NCBI RefSeq assembly: GCF_000011125.1
Contig: NC_000854.2
Coordinates: forward strand, 1,470,001 to 1,502,000
DNA: 32,000 nt
Origin: Aeropyrum pernix K1
Lineage (GTDB): Archaea; Thermoproteota; Thermoprotei_A; Sulfolobales; Acidilobaceae
Reading direction: 5' to 3'
A program made the translations under genes and the position numbers. Shown here piece by piece: positions 9,007 through 17,203 of the stretch. The notes under the pieces were generated by a model. It made no database searches and was not told where the DNA came from. It was given only the letters and a program-made list of their open reading frames with translations. The first letter of the stretch is position 1, and every line of letters begins with the position of its first letter.

Positions 9007-9837
9007 GTGGCAACTCTAGGCGGGCGGGAGAGCTTCGACATAGAGTACTATGTGGTCGAGGTTAGGGGCCTGATAGCCCACAAGCCTCCAACGCCAGATG
9101 CAGAGCTTATAGGTGTCGAAGTGGGTCTTGAGATAGCGCCCAGGCCTTGGGTGGAGATGTGCAGATGGCACAGCGGCCCTCTGGACAGGCCGGACGACCC
9201 CCTCTCCAGGATATACTGCACTAGCCCCGCCCAGGGCTTCTGCAGGCAGCATAGGAGGAGCGAGAGAGCCCTCTACGACGAGTGCTTCGGCTCCCAGGGG
9301 GAGAGGGGGCTGTGGGCTTGCAAGGCCCTGGACGAGACGGCTTCTATGGAGTACGCCGTCTACCTGACGGCCTTCTACAGCCCCTCCGCCCCTGTCAAGG
9401 TCGGGGTCACCAGGAGGTTTAGGCTCCTGGAGAGGGTGGCTGAGCAGCCCCACATAGCAGCGACCGCGGTAGCCTTCCTCGACAGCGCCTACAAAGCAAG
9501 GCTCCTCGAGATAGAGATCGGCAGGAGAGGCATAGCAAGGCAGTCGACGAGGAAGACAAGAATCGCGAGATATATCAGGAGGATGGAGCCCCTTATAGCC
9601 CTTAGGAGGGCGGCGGAGGAGGCCTCAAGCCTTGCGGGGGAAAACTGGGGCGGAAAGCTCTTCGCCATCGAACCCCCCGGGAGCATCTCAGACCCCGCGC
9701 AACCTAGGCCGGGGCTCAAATTCACCCTAGGAGGCTACTGGGGAGGCCTCCTCGGCCTCCGCAGCAGAGGGGCGACAATCTGGGTTAAGTCTGGCGATAT
9801 CATGCACAAGACGAGCCTGGCCTACGCTGAGGCCTAG
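9007..9837 (+). CDS. DUF2797-type protein (Cys/His cluster plus GIY-YIG-like segment)
   Basis: CRWHSG..IYCTSPAQGFCRQH, EYAVYLTAFYSPSAPVKVGVTRRFRLLERVAEQPHIAATAVA, KARLLEIEIG. ORF-track start at 8827 is too far upstream; AGGAGG followed by GTG at 9007 (MATLGGRESFDIEYYVVEVRG) is better. Confidence 0.72.
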   Translation: MATLGGRESFDIEYYVVEVRGLIAHKPPTPDAELIGVEVGLEIAPRPWVEMCRWHSGPLDRPDDPLSRIYCTSPAQGFCRQHRRSERALYDECFGSQGERGLWACKALDETASMEYAVYLTAFYSPSAPVKVGVTRRFRLLERVAEQPHIAATAVAFLDSAYKARLLEIEIGRRGIARQSTRKTRIARYIRRMEPLIALRRAAEEASSLAGENWGGKLFAIEPPGSISDPAQPRPGLKFTLGGYWGGLLGLRSRGATIWVKSGDIMHKTSLAYAEA

Positions 9838-9849
9838 AGCTTAATGTAT

Positions 9850-10092
9850 TCATGAAGGCTTCTCCTCCCTTTCGAGAGCCCTTGAGAGTACGAGAGACCT
9901 AGCGAGGCTGACGGAGGCTGATAGCAGCGCGAGGCCTATCAGGGCGGCGAGCAGGCTGGCGGCGACCCTCGGCTCCTCGAGTGTTATGAGGCTGAGCGCG
10001 TTTCCGAAGAAGTAGAGTGAAAGAGCCGCGAATAACATTGCAAGCCCAATAGCAACTATCTCGGGTAGCCTACCCTCAAGCCTTCTAGACAA
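9850..10092 (-). CDS. Small membrane protein (about two TM helices)
   Basis: Hydrophobic segments EIVAIGLAMLFAALSLYFFGNALSLI and VAASLLAALIGLALLSASVSLA. Confidence 0.6.
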   Translation of the reverse strand: MSRRLEGRLPEIVAIGLAMLFAALSLYFFGNALSLITLEEPRVAASLLAALIGLALLSASVSLARSLVLSRALEREEKPS

Positions 10093-10216
10093 CCCGGGGC
10101 CATCCCCAAACGAACCCTAGTGGGAGTATGGGTAAATATCTTAGCAGCTCCTGTAAACCGCCGTTCCCAACGGGGTGGAGGGCGTCAGCCAGGGGTTCGA
10201 GCCTCACCAGGACCCA

Positions 10217-10238
10217 AGACGCCCCAGACCGGGCGTCT
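10217..10238. repeat. Intergenic inverted repeat (8 bp stem, 6 nt loop)
   Basis: AGACGCCC-cagacc-GGGCGTCT, nested inside GGGGTTC (10192-10198)/GAGCCCC (10239-10245). Confidence 0.6.
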
Positions 10239-10335
10239 GAGCCCCTCGGTAGCGGCAGACTTCATCAAAGCCCTCCTGTCACGCTCTACCCGGTTTTATG
10301 TGTAGCGGGCTAGGGGCTTTTGCCCACAGAGTCTA

Positions 10336-10776
10336 CTACCCCCTGGCGGACAGGTTTATGAGGTATGTGATGAACTGTGCTGCAATAGAGGGCAGGACTA
10401 GGAAGCCAAGTATTATACCGTATAGGGGGCCGGCGTCGAACTCCACTGTGACGCTAGCCCCCTCTGCAGCGTATTCTAGGTTAACAACCCCTTCACCCAC
10501 CAGCGCCATCGTGAGTATAAAGCCTAGGAGAAGGGCTGAGGACCTGAATACGGGTTCTAGAACCGTGCCTTTCAGCCCTCTCGCCGCTATCACAAGGAGG
10601 TAAATCGCCAGTACAAGTGTGCCAGCCCCACTGAGACCCATCCCCCCCTGAGGTAGGGATATGAGGCCGGGCAGCACGACCGCGAATATAAGCACTACGG
10701 CCGCCAGGTCTAGAAGACCTATGGCGGCGGCCCTGGCAAACCTTAACAGCCATCCCAGGACCTCGTCCCTAGCCAT
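10336..10776 (-). CDS. Small membrane protein (about three to four TM helices)
   Basis: AAAIGLLDLAAVVLIFAVVLPGLI, TLVLAIYLLVIAARG, SALLLGFILTMALVGEG, PLYGIILGFLVLPSIAAQFITYLI. Confidence 0.65.
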   Translation of the reverse strand: MARDEVLGWLLRFARAAAIGLLDLAAVVLIFAVVLPGLISLPQGGMGLSGAGTLVLAIYLLVIAARGLKGTVLEPVFRSSALLLGFILTMALVGEGVVNLEYAAEGASVTVEFDAGPLYGIILGFLVLPSIAAQFITYLINLSARG

Positions 10777-10781
10777 AGACC

Positions 10782-11153
10782 CTAGCCTCCTGCAGTCTCG
10801 ACCCCTATGTCTAGCCTTAACCTGTAGAGCCCCGCTATCCTGGCCTCGAAAACAATGTCCTCCACGGATTCTGCAGCTCCGGGGGGCAGCTCTACCTCAA
10901 TGTAACCCCCAGGCCCGAGGTCCTCGGGGCCACCCTGGTAAGACTGCCCGTCTGCAATGATTATTAGGCGTGCGCCAGAGAGTTCCACGGACCCGCTGTA
11001 CTCAAGCCTAACAACTAGAGCTCCCCCCCTCTCATAATAGTCAAGCTGGAAAGCCCCCTCGTTGACGTCGGCGGCGAAGTCATAGAGCGGGGCGGCAGCA
11101 ATGGCTGTGAGCAACAGCCCTGAAGCGAATATAAACAGCTCGAGGATCCTCAT
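10782..11153 (-). CDS. Predicted exported/membrane-anchored protein
   Basis: N-terminal hydrophobic helix LELFIFASGLLLTAIAAAPLYDFA, then a soluble beta-rich segment; 5 nt upstream of the next gene in the cassette. Confidence 0.6.
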   Translation of the reverse strand: MRILELFIFASGLLLTAIAAAPLYDFAADVNEGAFQLDYYERGGALVVRLEYSGSVELSGARLIIIADGQSYQGGPEDLGPGGYIEVELPPGAAESVEDIVFEARIAGLYRLRLDIGVETAGG

Positions 11154-11182
11154 CCCCCACCCCCTCTGGATCTAGGGGCAAT

Positions 11183-11479
11183 TCACCCCCGCTCCCGGGG
11201 GCATCCTCTAAAGAGATCTACACCCCTAGAGAGCACTACCGAGCCCGCTGCCAACGCTATGGCGAGGAAGGCCACCCTGACAAGCATGTCTATCAGGATG
11301 CTGCTATTCACCGTTATCGCCTCCGCTATACTAGCGGCAGGCTCCACGTTCACCCTGAAACTCCTGTAAGCGTCGTAGGCTGTGTAGAAGACGAACCCGA
11401 CCATGGCGAGCCCAAGTATTATGAGGAGTGCACCCACGCCGACGGAGGCGATATTGCCCAGCAAAATGTAGGCCACCAA
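11183..11479 (-). CDS. Small membrane protein (about two TM helices)
   Basis: VGVGALLIILGLAMVGFVFYTAYDAYRSFR and DMLVRVAFLAIALAAGSVVLSRG. Confidence 0.6.
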   Translation of the reverse strand: MVAYILLGNIASVGVGALLIILGLAMVGFVFYTAYDAYRSFRVNVEPAASIAEAITVNSSILIDMLVRVAFLAIALAAGSVVLSRGVDLFRGCPRERG

Positions 11480-11493
11480 GGCTCAATTGGTGG
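11473..11493. repeat. Inverted repeat over a start codon (7 bp stem, 7 nt loop)
   Basis: CCACCAA-ggctcaa-TTGGTGG; on the minus strand the 3' arm contains the TTG start of the 11183..11479 ORF. Confidence 0.55.
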
Positions 11494-11571
11494 AGAGGAG
11501 GTGTTGAAAAGGCTTTAGCCCCGGATACAGTCCTCTGGCTTAGCGTTGATGATCTAAACCCTATTACCACC

Positions 11572-12921
11572 TCACCTTCTCGACGCAGGTATCTCCTCAG
11601 GCTCGTAGTCCTCAAGTGTACCGTCTAGGTACTCCCTATAGCCTTGTAGATCTAGGAGGCCGTGGCCGCTAAGGTTGAAAGCTATCACTACCCTCCTACC
11701 CTCATCCCTCGCCTTGATTGCCTCGTCTATCGCGGCCTTCACCGCATGAGCACTCTCAGGAGCCGGCACTATACCCTCTGCCTTCGCGAACATGTGTGCC
11801 GCCCTGAACACCTCTCGCTGGTGGTAGGCCCTCGCCTCCACTATGCCGTGCTTTAGAAGCACGCTTAGAGTGGGCGCTACACCGTGGTACCTCAGCCCCC
11901 CGGCGTGTATAGGGGGGACCTGGTATGTGTGGCCTAGGGTGTGCATCTTGAGGAGGGGTGTGAGCCCCGCTGTATCGCCGTAGTCGTACGTGTAGACTCC
12001 CCGCGTCATGCTAGGGCTTGCCTTAGGCTCTACCGCTATGAACCTGGTGGAGCTTGAGCCCTTTAGCCTGTGCCTTATGAAGGGGTAGGTGAAGCCCGCG
12101 AAGTTGCTGCCCCCGCCCACGGCGCCTATCATTATGTCTGGGTAGACACCCGCCTCTCTGAACTGCTTCTCAGCCTCAAGGCCTATCACTGTCTGGTGGA
12201 GGAGGACATGGTTAAGCACGCTGCCTAGGCTGTACTTAGCGTTACCACCGCTGTTGATAACGTCCTCTATAGCCTCGCTTATCGCTATCCCCAGGCTTCC
12301 AGGGTGGTTGGGGTTCTCGGCGAGAAGCTTTCTCCCAAACTCTGTTTTATCGCTTGGGCTCGGGTAGACCTCAGCCCCGTAAAGCTCCATCAGCGTCCGC
12401 CTATAGGGCTTCTGGAGGTAGCTCACCCTCACCATGTACACTCTAACCTTCACGCCGAAGTAGGCTCCAGCGGCTGAGAGGGCCGACCCCCATTGGCCGG
12501 CTCCAGTCTCGGTGACCAGCCTCTCAACCCCCTCCAGCTTGTTGTAGTACGCTTGGGCTAGCGCCGTGTTTATCTTGTGGCTCCCCGTGGGGGTTACACC
12601 CTCGTACTTATAGTAGATTTCCGCGGGCGTATTCAGCGCTCTCTCCAGGTTAACTGCTCTAAGGAGGGGGGTTGGCCTCCTGGCGAACGATATGTAGGCT
12701 TCGTGGACTTCGCCGGGTATCTCGATATACCTCTCCCTACTGACCTCCTGCTCTATCAACGCTTTTGGAAAGAGCTTGGCGAGGGCTGACGGGTCCACTG
12801 GCTCCCCTGTCTTGGGGTTCAGAGGGGGAGGAACCTCCTCTGGGAGGTCTGGGAGGATGTTGTACCAGGATGTGGGGACCTCCTCTATGGAGAGGTCGAA
12901 CCTGTACCTAGCTAAATCCAT
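11572..12921 (-). CDS. trpB2: Tryptophan synthase beta chain, TrpB2 type (COG1350)
   Basis: [82 protein letters not shown]. Confidence 0.95.
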   Translation of the reverse strand: MDLARYRFDLSIEEVPTSWYNILPDLPEEVPPPLNPKTGEPVDPSALAKLFPKALIEQEVSRERYIEIPGEVHEAYISFARRPTPLLRAVNLERALNTPAEIYYKYEGVTPTGSHKINTALAQAYYNKLEGVERLVTETGAGQWGSALSAAGAYFGVKVRVYMVRVSYLQKPYRRTLMELYGAEVYPSPSDKTEFGRKLLAENPNHPGSLGIAISEAIEDVINSGGNAKYSLGSVLNHVLLHQTVIGLEAEKQFREAGVYPDIMIGAVGGGSNFAGFTYPFIRHRLKGSSSTRFIAVEPKASPSMTRGVYTYDYGDTAGLTPLLKMHTLGHTYQVPPIHAGGLRYHGVAPTLSVLLKHGIVEARAYHQREVFRAAHMFAKAEGIVPAPESAHAVKAAIDEAIKARDEGRRVVIAFNLSGHGLLDLQGYREYLDGTLEDYEPEEIPASRR

Positions 12922-12990
12922 TGGCGCCGCATCATCCTCGACCGGGTTGGAGGATAGTTGTGTCTACCCCCATTTAAGCGTTTCCCCGTC

Positions 12991-14715
12991 CTACTTGTGT
13001 GTGTATATCACCCTGTAGACCCCGTCTTCCACGCTGTCCACCCTCACAAAACCGTACCTTACAAACTGTAGGCGGCTGTCAACCCCATAGCCCCTAATAG
13101 CGTCCTCAGCGTAGCCCTGGTGCCTCCTGAGCTCCAGCTCGACGGGCTCGAGTACCTCTACGCTAGCTTCTCCGCCCTTCTTCACCCATTGTACTATAGG
13201 TAGCTTCATTCTCCTCGCATACTCGAGGCTGGGATCCACCTCCCTCAATATGCCTTGGCTGACGGTGAAGTTTGATAGGCCCATGAGCCTCAGTTGCCTA
13301 CCCTCTACTGCGTCCTCCCTTGTGAGGAGAACCTTGTCCCCCGTGCACAAGGTTATCCTCCTCTTCCTCTGGGGGCGGCTCGGGTGGAACGGTATCTCCG
13401 CGGCTCTGCACTCCACCTGGGCCAGCTCGACCTCCATCTCAACGGGGTCTTCGACATACATTATCCTGTCCGCCCGCTCGTCCAGCAGCTTCCTATTAGC
13501 GGCCGCCAGGTTTGCCCAGCTTATTGTAGCGTCCGTGGGCTTGACCCCCACCTCGAGTATTATCTGTCTTATGGCCTCCGCCAGCACACCCCTCCTCCTC
13601 AGCCCGGCTATCGTGCCGAAGCGGGGGTCGTCGTAGCCCATGAACTCTCCTGGCCTCTCTTCGAGGAGCTTTCTTATCTTGCTCTTGCTCAGTATAAACC
13701 CCTCCAGCTTTAGCCTGCCGAAGTGGATGAAGTACGGCGGCCTCCAGCCCATACACCTGTAGACGGCAAGCTGCTTCTCGGTGTTCAGCTGGTGCTCCTT
13801 ACCCCTGAGCACGTGGGTTATCTCCATCATGTGGTCGTCGACGCTGACGGCGAAGTTATAGGTCGGCCACACCAGGTACCTGCTCCCCACGAGGGGGTGG
13901 GGGTGTTTCTCCGTGTCTATAATCCTCATGGCCACCCAGTCCCTCAGGCTGGGGTTGGGGTGGCGCGGGTCCGTCTTCATCCTCACAACAGCCTCCCCCT
14001 CGTAAAACTCTCCTTCAAGCATCTTCTCAAACAGCTCCAGATTATCCTCGGGGCCAAGATCCCTGGTCGGACAATACTCTCCACGCGAGAGCAGCTCCTT
14101 ACCCTCTCTCCCACAGTTGTCGACGTAGGCGCACCCCCGCTCTATAGCCCTTCTGGCTACGCTGTAGAAGACCTCCATCCTGAGGCTCTGGATGTACTCC
14201 TCGTCCCAGGAAACGCCAAGCCACTTGAGGTCCTGGCGGATGAGGTCGTACGCCTCCCGTAGGGGAGTCTTTGTCCTAGGGTCTGTGTCTTCGAACCGCA
14301 GCACCATCCTCCCCTTATACATCCTGGCGTACTCGTGGTTCACTATGGCCGGCCTAGCGTTGCCCATGTGTATCACAAAGTCTGGGTTGGGGGCGAACCT
14401 CAGCTTGACCCTGCCTTCCACGGCCCCGGGCAGCGGGGGTAGGCCTTTATCGCCTTTCTCGCGCTGCTCTTCAAACCTCGCTAGCTCCGGATACTGTTCT
14501 GAGAGGAGCCTCTTCTGCTCGCCAGCAGGCATGCTGTTCACCTGCTCCACGACCCTTGCAGCCAGGGAGGCTATCTCCCTCGCCCTACTCCTAAGCTCAG
14601 GATGGTCCCCTAGGAGCATTGACATGACGCTCCCGACGCTAGCCCTCCCGCCATGCTTTACAGCATCCCTCAGAGCATACCCTAGAAGCAGCCTCTCTAA
14701 ATCCTCCGAACCCAA
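12991..14715 (-). CDS. gltX: Glutamyl-tRNA synthetase (archaeal type)
   Basis: RFAPNPDFVIHMGNARPAIVNHEYAR, LRFEDTDPRTK, YFIHFGRLKLEGFILSKSKI. Confidence 0.96.
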   Translation of the reverse strand: MGSEDLERLLLGYALRDAVKHGGRASVGSVMSMLLGDHPELRSRAREIASLAARVVEQVNSMPAGEQKRLLSEQYPELARFEEQREKGDKGLPPLPGAVEGRVKLRFAPNPDFVIHMGNARPAIVNHEYARMYKGRMVLRFEDTDPRTKTPLREAYDLIRQDLKWLGVSWDEEYIQSLRMEVFYSVARRAIERGCAYVDNCGREGKELLSRGEYCPTRDLGPEDNLELFEKMLEGEFYEGEAVVRMKTDPRHPNPSLRDWVAMRIIDTEKHPHPLVGSRYLVWPTYNFAVSVDDHMMEITHVLRGKEHQLNTEKQLAVYRCMGWRPPYFIHFGRLKLEGFILSKSKIRKLLEERPGEFMGYDDPRFGTIAGLRRRGVLAEAIRQIILEVGVKPTDATISWANLAAANRKLLDERADRIMYVEDPVEMEVELAQVECRAAEIPFHPSRPQRKRRITLCTGDKVLLTREDAVEGRQLRLMGLSNFTVSQGILREVDPSLEYARRMKLPIVQWVKKGGEASVEVLEPVELELRRHQGYAEDAIRGYGVDSRLQFVRYGFVRVDSVEDGVYRVIYTHK

Positions 14716-14762
14716 CCTGTTGACCCCAGAAGCTATCGGTTAGCCCTCGGGATCCCTTATAC

Positions 14763-15377
14763 ATGGGTGCCATGGAGTTGGCGGGGCATAGCCTCTCTGA
14801 GGGTGTGTGGCTAGAGTTTGTCGCAGCCCCCTGCGGGGAGAGGTACACCATGCCCCTGGGGGTCATGGGCTCGGGTGGGGCTTGGAGGTTCAGGCTCTAC
14901 CCGGGCGTCGGCCTGTTATCTATAGCGGAGTCGAGGGGCTGGAGGCTGGATCTCAGGCTCCTCACACCCCTAGACCCCCTCGCCTATATGGAGAGCTATC
15001 TACACCGCCTAGAGGAGAGGCTCTCCTACCGGGGCGGCTGTCCTGAGCCTGATCCCGCCCTCGGATCCTGGTACGCCTGCCCAGCTGTGAAGGAGGGTGT
15101 GGAGGATGGGGCGGTGTGGTTCAGGTGCAAGAGCCTCAGGCCTCTGGCCAGCGCGCCGCAGCACCCCTACTACAGGGCGTACGGCTGCTTCGTGGAGCTC
15201 CTTATAGCTGCCACGAAGGCCAGGGCTGGTTTCAGGGAGTATCTGGGGCTGGAATTAGGCGTGCTGGGCAGGAGCCTCTACGCCTGTGTGGAGAAGAGCG
15301 CGCCCGGGAGGAGGGATCTAGTGGAGGCGGCCCAGCTTGCCCTGCAGGATCTTCTACAGGCTGCTGGAGAGGCTTGA
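14763..15377 (+). CDS. DUF447-like protein
   Basis: LEFVAAPCGERYTMPLGVMGSGGAWRFRLYPG, YRAYGCFVELLIAATKAR; architecture and adjacency to an MptE-like gene. Family call from memory of the family pattern. Confidence 0.5.
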   Translation: MGAMELAGHSLSEGVWLEFVAAPCGERYTMPLGVMGSGGAWRFRLYPGVGLLSIAESRGWRLDLRLLTPLDPLAYMESYLHRLEERLSYRGGCPEPDPALGSWYACPAVKEGVEDGAVWFRCKSLRPLASAPQHPYYRAYGCFVELLIAATKARAGFREYLGLELGVLGRSLYACVEKSAPGRRDLVEAAQLALQDLLQAAGEA

Positions 15378-16074
15378 GCCCCTAGAAGCCGTATACACTG
15401 GGGTAGTGGAGACCGTCATGGGCCACCCTCGCCATAGGGAGACGGCGGCCCAGCTGAGGGCTAGTGCAGACCCTCTCGAGACCTGTGAAGCCTTGGCCTG
15501 GCTCCTAGAGCTGGTTGAGGGTAGGAGGGTATGCATCATAGGGCCGCGTGCAGGTGGCCAGGAGGGGGGTAGCGGCTGCGAGGTCCTAGCCGGCCCGGAG
15601 GCCGCCGTCCTCTGGGCTGCCAGCCGGGGTGTGAGGCTACACTATACAACCGGGGATGGGGACCTCGACCCGCTGCTAGCCTCCTCCATACAGGCCTACA
15701 CTCGAGTTTACATCCTCCACCTCCACGGCGACAACTGGTGGGTGACAACGCCCTGGAGGATAGCGGGCTTCATGAGAGCCTACTCTAGCCAGGTGCGGCC
15801 AGCCGCTCCAAACCCAGTACTAGCTCCTCTGGGCTACACGGACGGCGACCGCGCCGCGGTTCTAGCCATGGCCCTGGAGGCCGAGTCCATAGTTTTCCAG
15901 GGCTTCTGGGGCCAGCCCCTGGCACGCCACAAATCCTGGGAGGGTTCGCGCGGCGTCAAGGCTTTGAAGCTGAAGCTAGCGCGGAGAGTTGTGGAAGAGG
16001 CCGCGCGCTACATGGGCTATAAAATCAGAATGCGCTCTCTCTCGGGAGAGCCTTTGTGGCTTGAGAAGGCCTAG
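15337..16074 (+). CDS. mptE: MptE-like 6-hydroxymethyl-7,8-dihydropterin pyrophosphokinase (DUF115 family)
   Basis: YTTGDGDLDPLLASSIQ, HLHGDN, NPVLAPLGYTDGDRAAVLA. The start may be downstream of 15337 given the 40 nt overlap. Confidence 0.78.
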   Translation: MPCRIFYRLLERLEPLEAVYTGVVETVMGHPRHRETAAQLRASADPLETCEALAWLLELVEGRRVCIIGPRAGGQEGGSGCEVLAGPEAAVLWAASRGVRLHYTTGDGDLDPLLASSIQAYTRVYILHLHGDNWWVTTPWRIAGFMRAYSSQVRPAAPNPVLAPLGYTDGDRAAVLAMALEAESIVFQGFWGQPLARHKSWEGSRGVKALKLKLARRVVEEAARYMGYKIRMRSLSGEPLWLEKA

Positions 16075-16089
16075 GATGCCCGGGGGATG

Positions 16090-16380
16090 CTAGCCATCCC
16101 CACCAGCCTTAACTACCTCTACAACACCGCCTGTCGCCTGCCCGGGGAGGGGCGGGTTGAACTTGACTACAACAACTCCACCCCTCCTCCCATGGAGCCT
16201 CAGCACCCTCCCCTTGTAGACGTTCCCATACCTGTCCCTGTAGAAAGCTATCCCCGAGACATACAAGCCGGCCTTCCTAGGATCGTCTAGGAGAAGCTTG
16301 ACGAGAGCGTGCTGAGGATACTGGGTGTTTGTACCCCTCCTGTAGCCGAGCACCACTCCCCTAGCTCTAGCCACAGCCAA
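16090..16380 (-). CDS. rpl35ae: 50S ribosomal protein L35Ae
   Basis: GVVLGYRRGTNTQYPQHALVKLLL, YKGRVLRLHGRRGGVVVVKFNPPLPGQATGGVVEVV. The ORF-track start (16491) runs into the tRNA gene; the likely start is TTG at 16380 or GTG at 16374. Confidence 0.85.
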   Translation of the reverse strand: MAVARARGVVLGYRRGTNTQYPQHALVKLLLDDPRKAGLYVSGIAFYRDRYGNVYKGRVLRLHGRRGGVVVVKFNPPLPGQATGGVVEVVKAGGDG

Positions 16381-16439
16381 GCCACCCCAGCGGGTTGAAT
16401 CGGATGTCGGAAGGCTAATATAGCTCAAGGCTGTAGGGG

Positions 16440-16515
16440 TGGTAGCCGGGCGGGGATTCGAACCCCGGTCACGGGGGCCAGAGCCCCGCATCCTGGGCCG
16501 CTAGACGACCCGGCT
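16440..16515 (-). tRNA. tRNA-Gln (anticodon CTG), genomically encoded CCA, no intron
   Basis: AGCCGGG TC GTCTAGCGGCCCAGGAT G CGGGG CTCTGGC CCCCG TGAC CGGGG TTCGAAT CCCCG CCCGGCT A CCA. Acceptor, anticodon and T stems all pair. Confidence 0.93.
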
Positions 16516-16541
16516 ACCTGTCGATCCACTCCCGGCCTGTG

Positions 16542-16550
16542 GGTTAAATA
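16542..16550 (-). promoter_or_regulatory. TATA-like element upstream of tRNA-Gln
   Basis: Minus strand CACCTATTTAACCC about 30 nt upstream of the tRNA 5' end. Confidence 0.4.
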
Positions 16551-16623
16551 GGTGTGCGGAGGGATTTAAGGATTTAGAGCCTGCAGGACGCGCCCCTAGG
16601 CTGCTCGTTAGGGGTGTGCGGTT

Positions 16624-17097
16624 GTGGGTGTTAACGAGGCTTACGAGGCGCTGCTCCGAGCCTGTGGCGACGGGGATTTTGAAGAGTGCAGGAGCGGCTA
16701 CCAAAGGTTTCTAGAAGAGGCGTGCAGGGAGGCTGGCACGTGTCCTAAGAGGAGGTCCTCGGGCGCTGGCCGGGGGAAATACGTGTGGGTGGAGAGCATA
16801 ATCAGGTCTGGAGTGCCCGACGGGCGCTCTAGGCTGATACTCTACGTTATAAGCAGGTATCTTGTCAACGTTAAGGGTCTAGAGCCCGGTGAGGCTGAGG
16901 CTGTCATAGACGAGTTCCTGAGGGTCTGCTGCGAGAAGCACGGCAACTGCAGGAAAATCTACAAATCATGGATTAGGAACGTGCTCAGGAGGGTTAGGGA
17001 GGGTGGGTGGAGGCCCTGGACGCTGGAGAGAATCAGGAGCGAGGACCCGGAGCTCTACAGGATTATAGAGCCTATAGTGTCCGCCGGCGGAGGCTAA
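16624..17097 (+). CDS. priX: PriX-like noncatalytic DNA primase subunit (crenarchaeal)
   Basis: WVESIIRSGVPDGRSRLILYVISRYLVNVKGLEPGEAEAVIDEFLRVCCEKHGNC, the helical motif pattern of the PriX/primase C-terminal family. Confidence 0.5.
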   Translation: MGVNEAYEALLRACGDGDFEECRSGYQRFLEEACREAGTCPKRRSSGAGRGKYVWVESIIRSGVPDGRSRLILYVISRYLVNVKGLEPGEAEAVIDEFLRVCCEKHGNCRKIYKSWIRNVLRRVREGGWRPWTLERIRSEDPELYRIIEPIVSAGGG

Positions 17098-17103
17098 ACA
17101 CTA

Positions 17104-17123
17104 TTACCACTGTTAAGTGGTAA
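17104..17123. repeat. Perfect inverted repeat (8 bp stem, GTTA loop)
   Basis: TTACCACT-GTTA-AGTGGTAA directly downstream of the PriX-like stop. Confidence 0.65.
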
Positions 17124-17203
17124 AAACAGGGTTTCCCGCCTGCTGGAGGGGGAAGAGGATATCAGCCCTCCGTCAGGCCGTGTACCATTCGGTGCAACAG
17201 GCT

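Noticed and set aside
10185-10205. tRNA T-arm-like GGGGTTCGAGCCTC
   Set aside because: The T stem does not pair (AGGGG vs CTCAC) and no acceptor, D or anticodon stems can be found on either strand.
12577-12789. Plus-strand ORFs inside trpB2, gltX, proS, lipA and FAU-1 (e.g. 12577..12789, 13250..14262, 18617..19039 -, 27787..28170)
   Set aside because: Fully contained antisense to genes with strong family motifs; compositional shadows of GC-rich codons.
14639-14866. Minus-strand ORF 14639..14866 spanning the gltX/DUF447 divergent spacer
   Set aside because: It overlaps both gene starts antisense or out of frame and has low-complexity composition.
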